Shown: one piece after another, positions 50,928-61,352 of the stretch
How the letters are laid out: every line of letters starts with the position of its first letter
Position numbering within the stretch: the stretch's first letter is position 1
Assembly (NCBI GenBank): GCA_943354385.1
Contig: CALRBR010000005.1
Location: forward strand, 1 to 61,352
Direction: 5' to 3'
Length of the DNA: 61,352 bases
Origin: Candidatus Tayloriibacteriota bacterium
GTDB taxonomy: Bacteria; Patescibacteriota; Minisyncoccia; Phycocordibacterales; PALSA-1337
The notes under the pieces: generated by a model
Database searches by the model: none
Told to the model about the DNA's origin: nothing
Seen by the model: the letters and a program-made list of their open reading frames with translations, nothing else
Translations under genes and position numbers: made by a program

Positions 50928-51272
50928 ATGACAAGAGTAAAGAAAGGAGTACATGCACTAAAGACCCGAAAGAACGTCCTCAAGATGGTAAAAGGCTATC
51001 GTTTTGGCCGATCATCAAAAGAGCGACAAGCATACGAGGCGATCTCACACGCCGGGGCATACGCATTTGCACACAGACGAGACAAGAAGGGTGATTTCCG
51101 AAAGCTTTGGATTGTGCGCATCAACGCCTCTCTCGATGCGATGGGAATTTCATATAGTAAATTTGCTGGTAATCTAAAGAAGTCTGGGGTTGCAATCAAC
51201 CGAAAACTACTCTCTCAGATTGCTCACGAAAATCCAAAAGCTTTTGAGGCGATTGTGGCGAAGGCGAAGTAA
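50928..51272 (+). CDS. rplT: 50S ribosomal protein L20
   Basis: MTRVKKG, FRKLWIVRINA and NRKLLS motifs. Confidence 0.97.
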   Translation: MTRVKKGVHALKTRKNVLKMVKGYRFGRSSKERQAYEAISHAGAYAFAHRRDKKGDFRKLWIVRINASLDAMGISYSKFAGNLKKSGVAINRKLLSQIAHENPKAFEAIVAKAK

Positions 51273-51387
51273 ACACCAAGGGTAATTTTTCAGTTTCAAA
51301 TTATCAATTTTCGAAATACCCCCCGAGGCTTCGCCTCGGGGGAGTATTTATTTCTGCAAACCATCCCATCACTTCCAAGTGACACAT

Positions 51388-52758
51388 TTAAAAATCCAAA
51401 ATCACGCTGTCATTTAGCTCAGGATGCACTGCATTGACTCCGATATAATCTCGTAAACGCTGTACCAGAAAAAGGGCTGACTTGGTCTCCCCCATCACCA
51501 CAAACACTTTTTTCACCGTATCTTTAGTCGTTGAAACAAACTCCACTAAATGATCAGAATCTTTGTGTGAAGAATATCCATAGATAGTATCGATAGTCGC
51601 AAGAACCGGCACTTTTGTGCCAAACAAAGTAATGTTTTTTACCCCACTCTGTATCTCCCGACCGAGAGTTCCCGCTGATTGATAGCCCACAAAAAGAAGG
51701 GTACTTTTCGGATCCGGTAAATATTTCATTTCATGATGAGTAATTCTCCCACCGTTAGACATCCCTGCACCGGCCAAAATAATCTTTGGATTAGACACCC
51801 GGTCGATCGCCTCGGACGCTTCCCTATTGACCGTAAATTGCAATTTAGGAAAATTAAAAATGTCATCTCCCCCATGGATTTCTGCTTGCACAGAAGGTTT
51901 AAAATGCTCCGTTGCCGTCTTGTAAATATCTGTCACTTTTATCGCCAACGGAGAATCCACAAACACTGGTATCTTTGGGATTTTCCCTGTTTCTACCAAC
52001 GAATTCATTTCATATAGGATCACCTGCGTGCGCTCTATTGAAAAAGCCGGTATCACAAGTGCTCCGCCCCTCGCGACACTTTCATTGATAATACGCTCAA
52101 GTTTTTCTTTTCTCTCTTTTACCGGCTCATGGTTGCGATCACCGTATACACTTTCCATCACCAAATAGTCTGCATCTGTAATTATCTCAGTATCCTGCAA
52201 AAGCGGTGTCGGTGAATTGCCCAAATCGCCGGTAAACACAATTTTCTTTTTGCCGTAGGTAAACTCAATCATCGCCGAGCCGAGAATATGTCCCGCATCT
52301 TTCAAGTAAACAGAAAGTCCTCCGGGTATTTCCGTACGAGTATGATATGAAATCTTTTTCCAAATTTTATGTGCCTGTTCAACATCTCCAATATCGTATA
52401 TCGGATTTCTACCATCTCGAGCCATCTCACGTTTCATAATCGCGAAAGCATCTTCCATAATTAGTCTCGCAAGACTTTTTGTCTCCGGTGTAGAATAAAT
52501 CACTCCTTTGAAGCCGTCATGGACAAGTTTTGCTATCCTTCCAACATGATCAAGATGTGCGTGGGTTACAAAAAGCATATCTATCTCGGCAGGATTATAG
52601 AAAAAAGGGGCACTATTCCATGCATTAGCCGTAGCAACTCCCTGCAAAAGCCCGCAGTCGATCAGTATCTTTATCGAATCATTTTCAAGTAAAAAGTTTG
52701 CCCCCGTAACTTGTCCCACACCTCCACAAAAAGTTAGTTTTAATTGATTTGGTTGCAT
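51388..52758 (-). CDS. MBL-fold beta-CASP ribonuclease
   Basis: THAHLDHVG, AGHILGS, FTGDLG, ESVYG and YSSH.D motifs. Confidence 0.92.
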   Translation of the reverse strand: MQPNQLKLTFCGGVGQVTGANFLLENDSIKILIDCGLLQGVATANAWNSAPFFYNPAEIDMLFVTHAHLDHVGRIAKLVHDGFKGVIYSTPETKSLARLIMEDAFAIMKREMARDGRNPIYDIGDVEQAHKIWKKISYHTRTEIPGGLSVYLKDAGHILGSAMIEFTYGKKKIVFTGDLGNSPTPLLQDTEIITDADYLVMESVYGDRNHEPVKERKEKLERIINESVARGGALVIPAFSIERTQVILYEMNSLVETGKIPKIPVFVDSPLAIKVTDIYKTATEHFKPSVQAEIHGGDDIFNFPKLQFTVNREASEAIDRVSNPKIILAGAGMSNGGRITHHEMKYLPDPKSTLLFVGYQSAGTLGREIQSGVKNITLFGTKVPVLATIDTIYGYSSHKDSDHLVEFVSTTKDTVKKVFVVMGETKSALFLVQRLRDYIGVNAVHPELNDSVILDF

Positions 52759-52764
52759 ATACGA

Positions 52765-53157
52765 TTATTTTTTATTAGACAAATAATATACCCCCGAAAA
52801 AACTACGCCAAGTATATCAACAGCCAAATCCTTTAAAACATCTAGACGATAGCTTCCGATGGTGTTAAAGGTTATTCCCTTTGCGTACTCAAAAAGCTCC
52901 CACGCTCCACCGACAAAAAGAATAGAGGCAATCAGTAGCGTCCATGCGGTATGCTCATCCTCTTTTATCATACCCTTCAGGCAAAAGAACCGATAGAAAA
53001 ATAATGCGATTGTCCCCACGAGCACACCTCCCAGCAAATGCATCGGTATATCAAACCACCAAATAAAAAAATAAAGATTGTAATAAGTTGCTAGTCCATG
53101 AAAAAAAGCGAGTGCTAATGAAAGATACAGAATAGTTTTTAGTGATATTCGGTCCAC
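52765..53157 (-). CDS. Hypothetical membrane protein
   Basis: Four TMs with D..MH.LGG, WELFE and D...DL..D motifs. Confidence 0.75.
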   Translation of the reverse strand: MDRISLKTILYLSLALAFFHGLATYYNLYFFIWWFDIPMHLLGGVLVGTIALFFYRFFCLKGMIKEDEHTAWTLLIASILFVGGAWELFEYAKGITFNTIGSYRLDVLKDLAVDILGVVFSGVYYLSNKK

Positions 53158-53221
53158 AAATAAATTATAACAGAAATCTAATTAAAAACACCCGCTCGAG
53201 ATTAGAGGCGGATGTTCTTAA

Positions 53222-53366
53222 TAGGACCATGAAGTATTGCCCTAGAAAAATCTAGGTGGGTGCCCTTGACTGAAAATGGTCAGAATACCCGAAGGTGCTC
53301 CTCGCATTTCAATATATCAGACTCCCTGTAAAAAAGTTATAGAGAAAATACTTCAATGATCCTAAA
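53222..53366 (-). ncRNA. ssrS: Probable 6S RNA
   Basis: ~17-bp closing stem, GGGAG and GGGCACCCACCT motifs like those of Bacillus 6S-1, 3' bubble hairpin, TTGCAA-16-TATAAT promoter and terminator at 53185-53216. Confidence 0.75.
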
Positions 53367-53407
53367 CTCATTATAAACCTCCTAAAAAGATTTGCAACAC
53401 TCCTCCA

Positions 53408-54013
53408 TTATTTCAACGCACCACCCATAAAATCCTCATATAAAATCGCTTCCTGCACCAATCGATAGTCAATGATCTCTTCAGTTCTAAACCAATGCTT
53501 CACTTCATCCACCGCCTCTTTGACCGAGCCCGACGCATGCACCAGATTGCGTATTGCCCGACCAGACTGATTAGCCAGCACATACGAATCGAGTACAAAA
53601 TCCCCGCGTATCGTACCGACATCCGAAGACAACGGCTCTGTACCGCCGATCATTTTTCGGACAATCGCTACTGCATGAGCTCCCTCCCACACCATCGCTA
53701 TCACTGGCCCACTCGTCAAATACTTTTTTAAATGTCCGAGCACAATAGTCCCGATCTCAAGAGGGTGTTCAGAGATAGGAACTCTGCCGTTTGCCCGAGC
53801 ACTTGTGATCTGCTTTTCTCCAGCTAAACGAATCCATTCTGGATCGATCGTATAATGCTTCTCAACTAGATCCTCACTCGGTACCAGCATTTTTATTCCC
53901 ACTAGTTTAAGCCCGATTTGCTCATATCGTTTAACAATCTCACCCACGAGTGAGCGTTGTATGCCGTCAGGTTTAATAATCACCAATGTTCTTTCGTGTT
54001 TGGGGTGTTTCAT
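53408..54013 (-). CDS. ndk: Nucleoside diphosphate kinase
   Basis: ERTL.IIKPDG, SGPV, GTIRGDF and NLVHAS motifs. Confidence 0.96.
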   Translation of the reverse strand: MKHPKHERTLVIIKPDGIQRSLVGEIVKRYEQIGLKLVGIKMLVPSEDLVEKHYTIDPEWIRLAGEKQITSARANGRVPISEHPLEIGTIVLGHLKKYLTSGPVIAMVWEGAHAVAIVRKMIGGTEPLSSDVGTIRGDFVLDSYVLANQSGRAIRNLVHASGSVKEAVDEVKHWFRTEEIIDYRLVQEAILYEDFMGGALK

Positions 54014-54027
54014 TTTTTTCAACAAAA

Positions 54028-54315
54028 CTACGCTGACAAATCCTTACGCACTTTTTCCAGAGCAACTACATCACCCACTTCTTGTTCTTTCTTATTTATC
54101 ATTTTGAGTGCCTCGAGAGTTTTTTGTAGATCAGCCAAGAAGTCCGCATCAATACTATTTTTTACTTGTACATAGAGCATAGCGAGAGTCACCAACGCCT
54201 CACCTCGTTCAATATCAGAGAGTGGTATATTGACCACTTCTTGCAAAATCGCTCGTACCTCATCTCGCTTACCTTCTGCCATCAAAACTCCAATATTTTT
54301 GAGATCTGTTTTCAT
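54028..54315 (-). CDS. Hypothetical helical protein
   Basis: 95-aa ORF in an operon-like arrangement. Confidence 0.7.
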   Translation of the reverse strand: MKTDLKNIGVLMAEGKRDEVRAILQEVVNIPLSDIERGEALVTLAMLYVQVKNSIDADFLADLQKTLEALKMINKKEQEVGDVVALEKVRKDLSA

Positions 54316-54323
54316 AGGTAAAA

Positions 54324-55454
54324 TTATTTATTTTTGGATAATTTTGTAGCGAGCTGTCGTGCTAGGATTTTCTTGGCTCTGATTTCTGTTTTATTTGCGG
54401 GGGTTTCAACAAGTGCATCCACTTGAGCATTTAGAGTCTCTACAATAAACTCAATACTCTCAGCCTTGTTCTTATCTCCCACGGTTTCAGTATTGATCGC
54501 TTGTTCATAAGCTTTCCATAGTTTAGAAAAAGCATTTGAACCGAGGCTCATTGAACCTAATATACTCTCAACTTTAGTATACACATAGCTTTCAGCATTA
54601 TGATTAAGGGCTGTCCTTACTTCATCTTCTGTTCCATCGGTCATATAATCTAGACCCGTCTCGGCATCTTTTCTAACACTAGACATTCGCGCAAAACCAG
54701 CTTCGGCTGATTTCAAGTCTCTTTTTGCCACGAGGGTATCAAGCTGGGCTTTTAATTTTTTCTGGGTGATCCGTTCCATATCCTCCCTCAATCCCGCATG
54801 ATTAAAGAGACTCTTTTTCATATCAGCAAATTGCTTTAAAAGAGCTTCGTTTCCACCAACCCATTTCTCCGAGCCAAGCTCTTTGACCGACAAATCCATC
54901 TGCGTAGAGATTTCTAAAATACGAGCATTTATTGCTTCTGGGGTCAGAGGAACGCCAGTTTTTTCCACTTTTTCTCGCGCAATAAAAGTCTTTCCAGCCT
55001 CTCCTTCCAAAAGATACTCCCCTGTCATTTTTACCTTACCCCAAAAACCACCGCCACTTTTTGCAAGTTCCAGAATTTCAGTATTTGCTTCTTTAATCTG
55101 ACCTGGTAATTCTTTAAATAACTTCATCTGGTCTCGCATTTCGTAAACCTCGCGAGGAGAATCTATCGCCTGTTTTTCCAAAAAGGCCTCAATACAGGCG
55201 AGATCATTTGCCTCCAGCTTTACTCCTATATCTCTAAAGATTTCGGCCTTATACACCTCTTTTACATCCTTGGCCACTCCGGCTTGTATTCCAAAAATTT
55301 CAAAACGACTCTCCATCTCTGCCGCGCTCACTTCTCCCGAGACTGAGTCTTCGTGCTTGGCCAAAAATTCAGCGAAGCCTTTTGTATTTAAAGCTTCTTC
55401 ATTATCAAAACCCCCTTTCTCTGCCCCTTCAGCCCCTTTTGGTATATCTGTCAT
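54324..55454 (-). CDS. Hypothetical protein
   Basis: 376-aa acidic/helical ORF directly downstream of the VirD4-like gene. Confidence 0.75.
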   Translation of the reverse strand: MTDIPKGAEGAEKGGFDNEEALNTKGFAEFLAKHEDSVSGEVSAAEMESRFEIFGIQAGVAKDVKEVYKAEIFRDIGVKLEANDLACIEAFLEKQAIDSPREVYEMRDQMKLFKELPGQIKEANTEILELAKSGGGFWGKVKMTGEYLLEGEAGKTFIAREKVEKTGVPLTPEAINARILEISTQMDLSVKELGSEKWVGGNEALLKQFADMKKSLFNHAGLREDMERITQKKLKAQLDTLVAKRDLKSAEAGFARMSSVRKDAETGLDYMTDGTEDEVRTALNHNAESYVYTKVESILGSMSLGSNAFSKLWKAYEQAINTETVGDKNKAESIEFIVETLNAQVDALVETPANKTEIRAKKILARQLATKLSKNK

Positions 55455-55486
55455 GTGTGTATATTAAACTTTGATAAGTGACTACA

Positions 55487-58255
55487 TTATAGCACTATTG
55501 GCTTCTTTTCCACCACCACCTCTTTCTTATATTTTCCCATAATTTCGCTCTCCACACCCGATCGCTCTTTGCCAAATTTTAGATATGAAAGTTCTTTTAG
55601 TTTGGCCACCTGTGAAGCATCTCCCTTTGGTGGTGGAAAGGCTTCGATATTAAACGGCTTGACTGGTCGGCCTTGAGAAAGCATTTTTATATACGCATTG
55701 TGATTATCGAGATTCATGATGTCACTCGCAGTAAAGACTGGGGCAAACTGTTTTTCGAGATATTCCGCGTCCTCGGCTCCCACACGGAAACTAGCAATAG
55801 AACCCACATTACCAAACACGGCGTCTTTGATTTTATCCTCGAGCTGGGCGATAAACTGATGCGCGATGGTTAATGACAGCTTGTACTTTCTCGCTTCAGA
55901 AAGTATTGTGGCTATCGAATCGGTAGTTACATTCTGGAACTCGTCGATATAGAGGTAAAAAGGTGGGACATCTTTACCAAAAGAATCAACACGGGACAGT
56001 GCAGCCATGAGGATTTTGCCTACCAAAATGAGTCCGAGGAGGTGTGAATTGATATCACCGAGTCGCCCCTTTGCAAGATTGACCAAGAGAATCTTTTTAC
56101 CGTCCATGATTTCTCGAAAGTTGAACGATGACTTTTCCTGACCAATAATCGGGCGCATAATTTCATTGGACAAAAAGACATCGAATTTATTCGTAATATA
56201 CGGCACCATGTTGGCAAGCGCAGATTCCCCACCCGCCTTTTCTGCCACCTCTTTCCAAAACTGCACTACGATCGGGTTTTTACATTTTGAAATTTTGAGC
56301 TCACGGAATGTTTTCGATGCGAGCACTCGTGCCACCTCGAGCAGCGTAGTTCCCGTTTCCGGATCCTCGAGGACGAGCAAGACCGCGTTTCTAAAATACT
56401 GCTCAAACATCGGCCCGCCAGCCACTTTCATATCAAAAAGCTTATTGAAAATACTAAGCATCTCATTGACCACAAAAGTTTTCTGCTCGGGATAGCGCAC
56501 ATCGTACTCGAGCATATTGAGCGCCATCGGTCGAGCGGTATAGCTTGGATCAAAATAGATCACATCCTCATAGCGATGTTTGGGAATAATCGCCAAAATA
56601 TCCTGTATATCTGAACCGTGCGGATCAATCATACAGACACCATCGCCATTTAGAATATCCTGCGTAATCATATTTTTAAGCAAGGTCGTCTTACCAGTAC
56701 CCGTCTGACCAATTGTGTAGAAATGTCTCATGCGATCCTCTCGACCAATATAGACATTTGACTTTAAATTCCTATTTATATTTACGCCGAGCAAAGTACC
56801 TGCCTGAGCCAGACCAGCCACTACCGGCGCAGTACCCGCCTTGGCCTGCTTGAGCTGTGGCGCGTCTTGGACAGATTTGGTTGGGAAATGCATGACCGTC
56901 GAAAGCTCCTTCAGGCTCAGTGGCAAAAGACTCCCTTGAGAAAAAAGTCTGAATAAAAAGTTTTTTACCAGTTCATCTAGCTTCCCTTTTTTCACGCGGG
57001 TAAAGGCAAACCTATTGCCGTTGGTATCCTCAAATTGATTAAAGGAGGCCTCGATATGACTCAAAATATCTGTGGCTTCCTCAGTAGTGGGTGCGGAGGC
57101 GATCAGTCGAATGTTAGTCTCCACTATTGGTGTCGAGATTTTATTTTTGATATTTTCTACCGCGAGCTGGTCGACGGCCTTTGCCTTATCGTCACCTTTG
57201 TCCTTGCCTACTTTATTAAAATCTTTGGCAATATGGACGAGGTGCTCAAAAAAGCTATCTGGCATATCGATCGCGTCTTTTACTTTTTCACCACCCTCGA
57301 TTTTCCTAAGTGCTTCAGCGTACTTCTTTGTGTACCCCTCACCGGCTGGAGCAAACACGATCTGAATCGCCGCCCCCTCACCATCACGATCTATTTTAGA
57401 AAAACTATTCAAGACAACATTTAGTGGGTCTAAATCAAAACGGTCGTATGTTTTCAAAGAAAAAACTGGTTTTTTTGACAATGTCGCGTATGAGCCAGCC
57501 ACAGCTCCAGACTCATGAAAAATATTGTAATCGTCGCGCTTCTCAACAATCTTAGCATTAGGAAAAATAGAAAGAAGTCCCTTTTCAAACAAATCCTTTT
57601 TACTCTGATGTACCGCTGAATAGAAAATAAACTCATGGCTGTGATTGGCGTTGGCAATCTCGAGTGTAAAATATGCCCGCGCCTTATCTGACGCATCCTG
57701 CACCGAAAGCATACTGGCGTAAAACTGCTCCATAGATGACAAAAGCTCTTTAAGAGTCTTTGGTGCGTTTTCATCCTCTTTTGCTGTTGGAAGTACAACC
57801 TCATACAACACCATATTGAGTGCACGAAAAAGCGGGTCTTTTTTATTCAGCCCTGTGACGGGAAACCCTTTGCGCACATATTCCACCAAGAAACGATGAA
57901 AATCGTCCTCTAGATGCGGGTTGTTCATTTTCCCAATAATCGAGAGTGTGTTTTTTACACCCTTTTCCTGAAGTATTGAGAGGAGCTCCTCAATCTTTTT
58001 ATCATGTGTTTCTGGGGAAAGTTCTAGCACAATCGCATCAGCATGTGTCTCAGGTATCGCTAATTTTGAATACAGCACCTGCTCTGGTTTGGCTTCGGCA
58101 TACTCTTTGACCACCTGAGAAATAATCACCTTCTGTTCAGGATTATTTCCCGACTCTTTTATTTGTTTTTCCTTTCGAGCAACTTCCCCGCGGAGATATT
58201 CGAGCTCCTGCGCCGGCGTTTGAAATTGTTTCCCTTCAGTCCCGATAGTTTCCAT
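55487..58255 (-). CDS. VirD4/TraG/HerA-like P-loop ATPase (type IV coupling protein-like)
   Basis: RH.Y.IGQTGTGKT, IDPHG, LYIDEFQN, LSEARKY.L.L..AHQ..Q and FGNVG motifs. Confidence 0.9.
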   Translation of the reverse strand: METIGTEGKQFQTPAQELEYLRGEVARKEKQIKESGNNPEQKVIISQVVKEYAEAKPEQVLYSKLAIPETHADAIVLELSPETHDKKIEELLSILQEKGVKNTLSIIGKMNNPHLEDDFHRFLVEYVRKGFPVTGLNKKDPLFRALNMVLYEVVLPTAKEDENAPKTLKELLSSMEQFYASMLSVQDASDKARAYFTLEIANANHSHEFIFYSAVHQSKKDLFEKGLLSIFPNAKIVEKRDDYNIFHESGAVAGSYATLSKKPVFSLKTYDRFDLDPLNVVLNSFSKIDRDGEGAAIQIVFAPAGEGYTKKYAEALRKIEGGEKVKDAIDMPDSFFEHLVHIAKDFNKVGKDKGDDKAKAVDQLAVENIKNKISTPIVETNIRLIASAPTTEEATDILSHIEASFNQFEDTNGNRFAFTRVKKGKLDELVKNFLFRLFSQGSLLPLSLKELSTVMHFPTKSVQDAPQLKQAKAGTAPVVAGLAQAGTLLGVNINRNLKSNVYIGREDRMRHFYTIGQTGTGKTTLLKNMITQDILNGDGVCMIDPHGSDIQDILAIIPKHRYEDVIYFDPSYTARPMALNMLEYDVRYPEQKTFVVNEMLSIFNKLFDMKVAGGPMFEQYFRNAVLLVLEDPETGTTLLEVARVLASKTFRELKISKCKNPIVVQFWKEVAEKAGGESALANMVPYITNKFDVFLSNEIMRPIIGQEKSSFNFREIMDGKKILLVNLAKGRLGDINSHLLGLILVGKILMAALSRVDSFGKDVPPFYLYIDEFQNVTTDSIATILSEARKYKLSLTIAHQFIAQLEDKIKDAVFGNVGSIASFRVGAEDAEYLEKQFAPVFTASDIMNLDNHNAYIKMLSQGRPVKPFNIEAFPPPKGDASQVAKLKELSYLKFGKERSGVESEIMGKYKKEVVVEKKPIVL

Positions 58256-58384
58256 GAGAATAGTATAGCATAGGCATAAATCAAAATAATAGCCAAAAAA
58301 AAGCAAGTTATTCGATCCGCAGCAATCCTCATCTAAGCCATGGCTTAGATGTACTTTTATATTCCACCATTTTTCCTTAATTTA

Positions 58385-59659
58385 TTACAGTCGATTCAGT
58401 ACTTCAATCGTCTTCTTTCCCATCACCCCTTTTTCGCCGATAATCCCATGTTTATTTTGAAAAAATTCTAATGCGGTACGCGTACACGGACCAAAACCAC
58501 TCGTCCTCGGACAATCACTCTTACTTTTTCCAGGCGGTGGGTAGACATCATCAAATATCAGAGCAGTTTGTAAGGCAAAAATACCAGAGGCGGTAGGTTC
58601 GGTGCCAGCAAATGAAATGTCCCATTTGTATGGCAATAAAGAAGTATCATATGGACCAGAACTGGTATACCTATTTTCCGGATCAAAAAAATCATGCACA
58701 CCGAGATATGTTTGAAAAGCGAGATCTTGTATTACGAGACTCCGCACCTCCCTATCCTGAAACTGTGGTTCGTAAATATAGCTGTACTCGATAAGTAAGC
58801 TCGCGGAGTCAGCAGTATTATGTGAACCGATAGCAATCAACTCTGGCCCATCGATAATACCACTTGATTCTCCTGCCAAATTACTGACTGGAGTATATTT
58901 TGATAATCGTTTAAAAATAGTATCCGCTACTACTTTTGTACTGGTGCTATTACCATACTGGCTCGCGGGTACATAGATCGAAAAGCCAGAATACTCGCCA
59001 GACTTCCGCACATTACGCCGAGGATTATCGTTGAAATGAATATGAATAGTAATATCTATAAGATTCTCATTTGCCCATTTGGTAATGCCGTAGAGACGGT
59101 AGGCAACACTTTTAGGGACATCGTTAGGGATAACAGTCGATTTTATTTGCGTGACCGCTCCCACTGACACCAGCCGAGCAAAATCTACTTTCGAGGCTTT
59201 TGTCCACTCTACAATATTATCCCAATTGTCTGTAAAATATGTGGCAAAATTTGGAGTCCATCCGTTACTATCACGAGTTATAAAAACCTCATATCGTGGA
59301 TCTTGATCCAAAAAAGACTTTAGTCCACGACCGAGCTCGAGTGCCATCTCCCGCTCTTTCAAATGAGTATACTCTGCACCGCCAAAAGTTGGTTCATGGC
59401 CTGGTACTATCAAAATACGAACTTTTTTATTTGACTGATCTACTACTGAGCCAGTATAACGTGATTTTATTTCATCTGCAGACCGAAAGTTGTGACTAAT
59501 GATCATGGACGCGAACTGGGCTCCCGCTTTTTCAATAACTGAGAGTGTTCGCTCGACCTGATTTGGAAAGACAAGATAGGAAACCAGAGGAAATAGAAAA
59601 ACACCAACAACACCAAAAGTCGCCCACCTGCTACCGAAATCTTTTTTAGACTTTTTCAC
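58385..59659 (-). CDS. N-acetylmuramoyl-L-alanine amidase with C-terminal peptidoglycan-binding domain
   Basis: ILIVPGH, E, IHIHFN and LIEYSY motifs. C-terminal LQTAL...FGPCT..AL..FQ. Confidence 0.85.
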   Translation of the reverse strand: MKKSKKDFGSRWATFGVVGVFLFPLVSYLVFPNQVERTLSVIEKAGAQFASMIISHNFRSADEIKSRYTGSVVDQSNKKVRILIVPGHEPTFGGAEYTHLKEREMALELGRGLKSFLDQDPRYEVFITRDSNGWTPNFATYFTDNWDNIVEWTKASKVDFARLVSVGAVTQIKSTVIPNDVPKSVAYRLYGITKWANENLIDITIHIHFNDNPRRNVRKSGEYSGFSIYVPASQYGNSTSTKVVADTIFKRLSKYTPVSNLAGESSGIIDGPELIAIGSHNTADSASLLIEYSYIYEPQFQDREVRSLVIQDLAFQTYLGVHDFFDPENRYTSSGPYDTSLLPYKWDISFAGTEPTASGIFALQTALIFDDVYPPPGKSKSDCPRTSGFGPCTRTALEFFQNKHGIIGEKGVMGKKTIEVLNRL

Positions 59660-59701
59660 GATACACTATAGTATACACTAGAAGATAAGCCGATTTAAAT
59701 A

Positions 59702-60976
59702 CTAAAAAGTGGCGTACGTCGAAGAAGCTGTGATTGTGAAGTAGTTATCACTATAGTCACTAGCGATTGATTTTCCCGTACCATCAGCAATAAAAACTTT
59801 ATACTGCCCAGCAGGCAAACTAGAAGGTAGTAAATAGGAAACCCTTCCCAAACTTGCAGTTACAGGATCAAGTGTACCGTAACCAATATCGCCTTTTGAT
59901 AAGTTTATTATTACCTTTTCGAGCCCCAGAGAATTCCACTTAAACTCATACATTTTCCCCATCTGCCAAACCTCCCCTCCGTTTGGATAAACCACCGTGA
60001 CAGAAGGATTTGCATTGGTGCTGCCCACATTTACACTCAAACTTGTTACCTGACTTGCATTTGCATTTCTCACATAAAATCGTGGGCTGAAAATAGCAGC
60101 ACGTCCATAAGTATGAGTGAAAGTCGAAGTTTGTACCCATGGAGCCTCTGTGGCATTCGATAATAAAGATGTCTCATCCCCCCAGACAACAGAGTATGAG
60201 AGACTTCCTCCGGTTGGATCATAAGCATTTACCGTCCAAGCTCCTTGCTGATTAATGTTTAATGATTGTGGGCCGCTTACCCCATTAATAACTGCGTTCA
60301 TCATTGCGATAGGGGGTTCATGAGGGTGTTCATGCCTGAACGTAGTACTTGATGGACACGACCTAAACTGACATGATGGTGCTACACGAGAAACATAGGA
60401 TCCGTCTGGACAATGCATTTCATCAGCAGTACAAATCACTCCATCAGCATGCGGATTTGGTGCCTGATTCCCACACCCATACAGACTATTCAATTTGGCT
60501 CGAGTGATCGGACCAACAAAACCGGTTTGAGATATGCCGTATTTTTTTTGGAAAGAGACTACAGCCTCAGCAGTAGATTCTCCAAATAAAGCATGTAGTG
60601 TGTTACGACTTTCTGAAAGATCTTGGGTAAAACCCTCCATACGCAAAACTTGTTTTAAGTATTTCATGTCTCCATTACCATTTTCATCTAAATCGTCTCC
60701 GAACTTCAAATTCTGATTAAAGTTATGACAAAAAACCACTGGAGCAGGAGTGCTCGGATCGGTCGATCTCGTCACTGCCCCATTCGCTCCCACACTAAAC
60801 CCCCGAGCCTTGAGCTGATCGATGAGTTGCATAATAATCGCCTCGAGTTGTGCGATGAGAGTGGCTTCGTCAGCGGAAGAAGCTACTGTAGTCTGAGCAG
60901 AGACTGGGTACACAGCGACAACTGTAGTGAAGGAAAGAATGAGGGCGATGACACCGAAACCAATGGCTTTTTTCAT
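59702..60976 (-). CDS. Secreted peptidoglycan-binding protein with PKD/Ig-like domains
   Basis: Signal peptide, FGEST..AV..FQ.KYGI..TG.VGP.TRAKLN, CT.D...CPDGSYVSR..P.C.F..CP, WGD...HTY and PNGGE.W motifs. Confidence 0.85.
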   Translation of the reverse strand: MKKAIGFGVIALILSFTTVVAVYPVSAQTTVASSADEATLIAQLEAIIMQLIDQLKARGFSVGANGAVTRSTDPSTPAPVVFCHNFNQNLKFGDDLDENGNGDMKYLKQVLRMEGFTQDLSESRNTLHALFGESTAEAVVSFQKKYGISQTGFVGPITRAKLNSLYGCGNQAPNPHADGVICTADEMHCPDGSYVSRVAPSCQFRSCPSSTTFRHEHPHEPPIAMMNAVINGVSGPQSLNINQQGAWTVNAYDPTGGSLSYSVVWGDETSLLSNATEAPWVQTSTFTHTYGRAAIFSPRFYVRNANASQVTSLSVNVGSTNANPSVTVVYPNGGEVWQMGKMYEFKWNSLGLEKVIINLSKGDIGYGTLDPVTASLGRVSYLLPSSLPAGQYKVFIADGTGKSIASDYSDNYFTITASSTYATF

Positions 60977-61233
60977 GAATTTGTTAAAATATGGCTTAAA
61001 ATGATAAATGTCCGACGATACTACTTATTATACCCCCCCCCCGATGGTTTAGGGCAATGGGGAGTGGGGATAACTTTGGACTCCAAAGGCTCAATGGCTC
61101 AGTGAGCCATTCAAATGGCTCTGTATAGGCACAGTTTGTAATATGGTATTCCCCCGAAAATCGGCAGATTTTCGGGGGAATCTCGTCAACGGCTCAGTGG
61201 TACACCACTGAGCCGTTGACGATTTCTAACAGC

Positions 61234-61352
61234 CTAAAGTTTCGTCAGCACCTCCGCGCCGCCCTTTGTCACCACTATGGTATGTTCAAAATGGGCACTT
61301 CTTTTGCCATCTACCGTACGATACGTATAGCCGTCTTTGTCTAGCTTAATTT
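61234..61352 (-). CDS. map: Methionine aminopeptidase, C-terminal fragment
   Basis: Translated by hand: [38 protein letters not shown]. Confidence 0.9.
   Translation of the reverse strand, partial: IKLDKDGYTYRTVDGKRSAHFEHTIVVTKGGAEVLTKL

Overview
This window is a chromosomal segment of a reduced-genome bacterium, most likely Patescibacteria/CPR (Parcubacteria-like). That assignment is inferred from gene content, widespread leaderless genes, a short RF2 and the CPR-type type IV pilus cluster. The genetic code is standard (code 11). Housekeeping genes: pyrG, ftsEX, prfB, gatAC, ligA, recG, ftsH, smpB, infC-rpmI-rplT, ndk and a partial map. Envelope and appendage genes: a type IV pilus/competence cluster (pilMNO, pilB, pilT, pilC, pilD, pilins, comF), a VirD4-like ATPase and cell-wall proteins. 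RNA genes: eight tRNAs, tmRNA and a likely 6S RNA. The most unusual signals are non-coding. (1) Several tRNA genes and tmRNA are each followed by an inverted, hairpin-interrupted copy of their own 3' end, often with a second direct copy. (2) A palindromic, 12-bp-periodic repeat is inserted in frame in ligA. (3) An HNH endonuclease gene sits between two tRNA-Thr genes and overlaps one. (4) Two REP-associated HUH transposases with their palindromes lie between the pilin genes, and the same palindromes flank a broken ugd gene about 20 kb away. (5) There is a tRNA-Ile(UAU). (6) An unassigned structured small RNA lies upstream of prfB. No CRISPR array or rRNA was seen. All calls were made by eye, without database searches.
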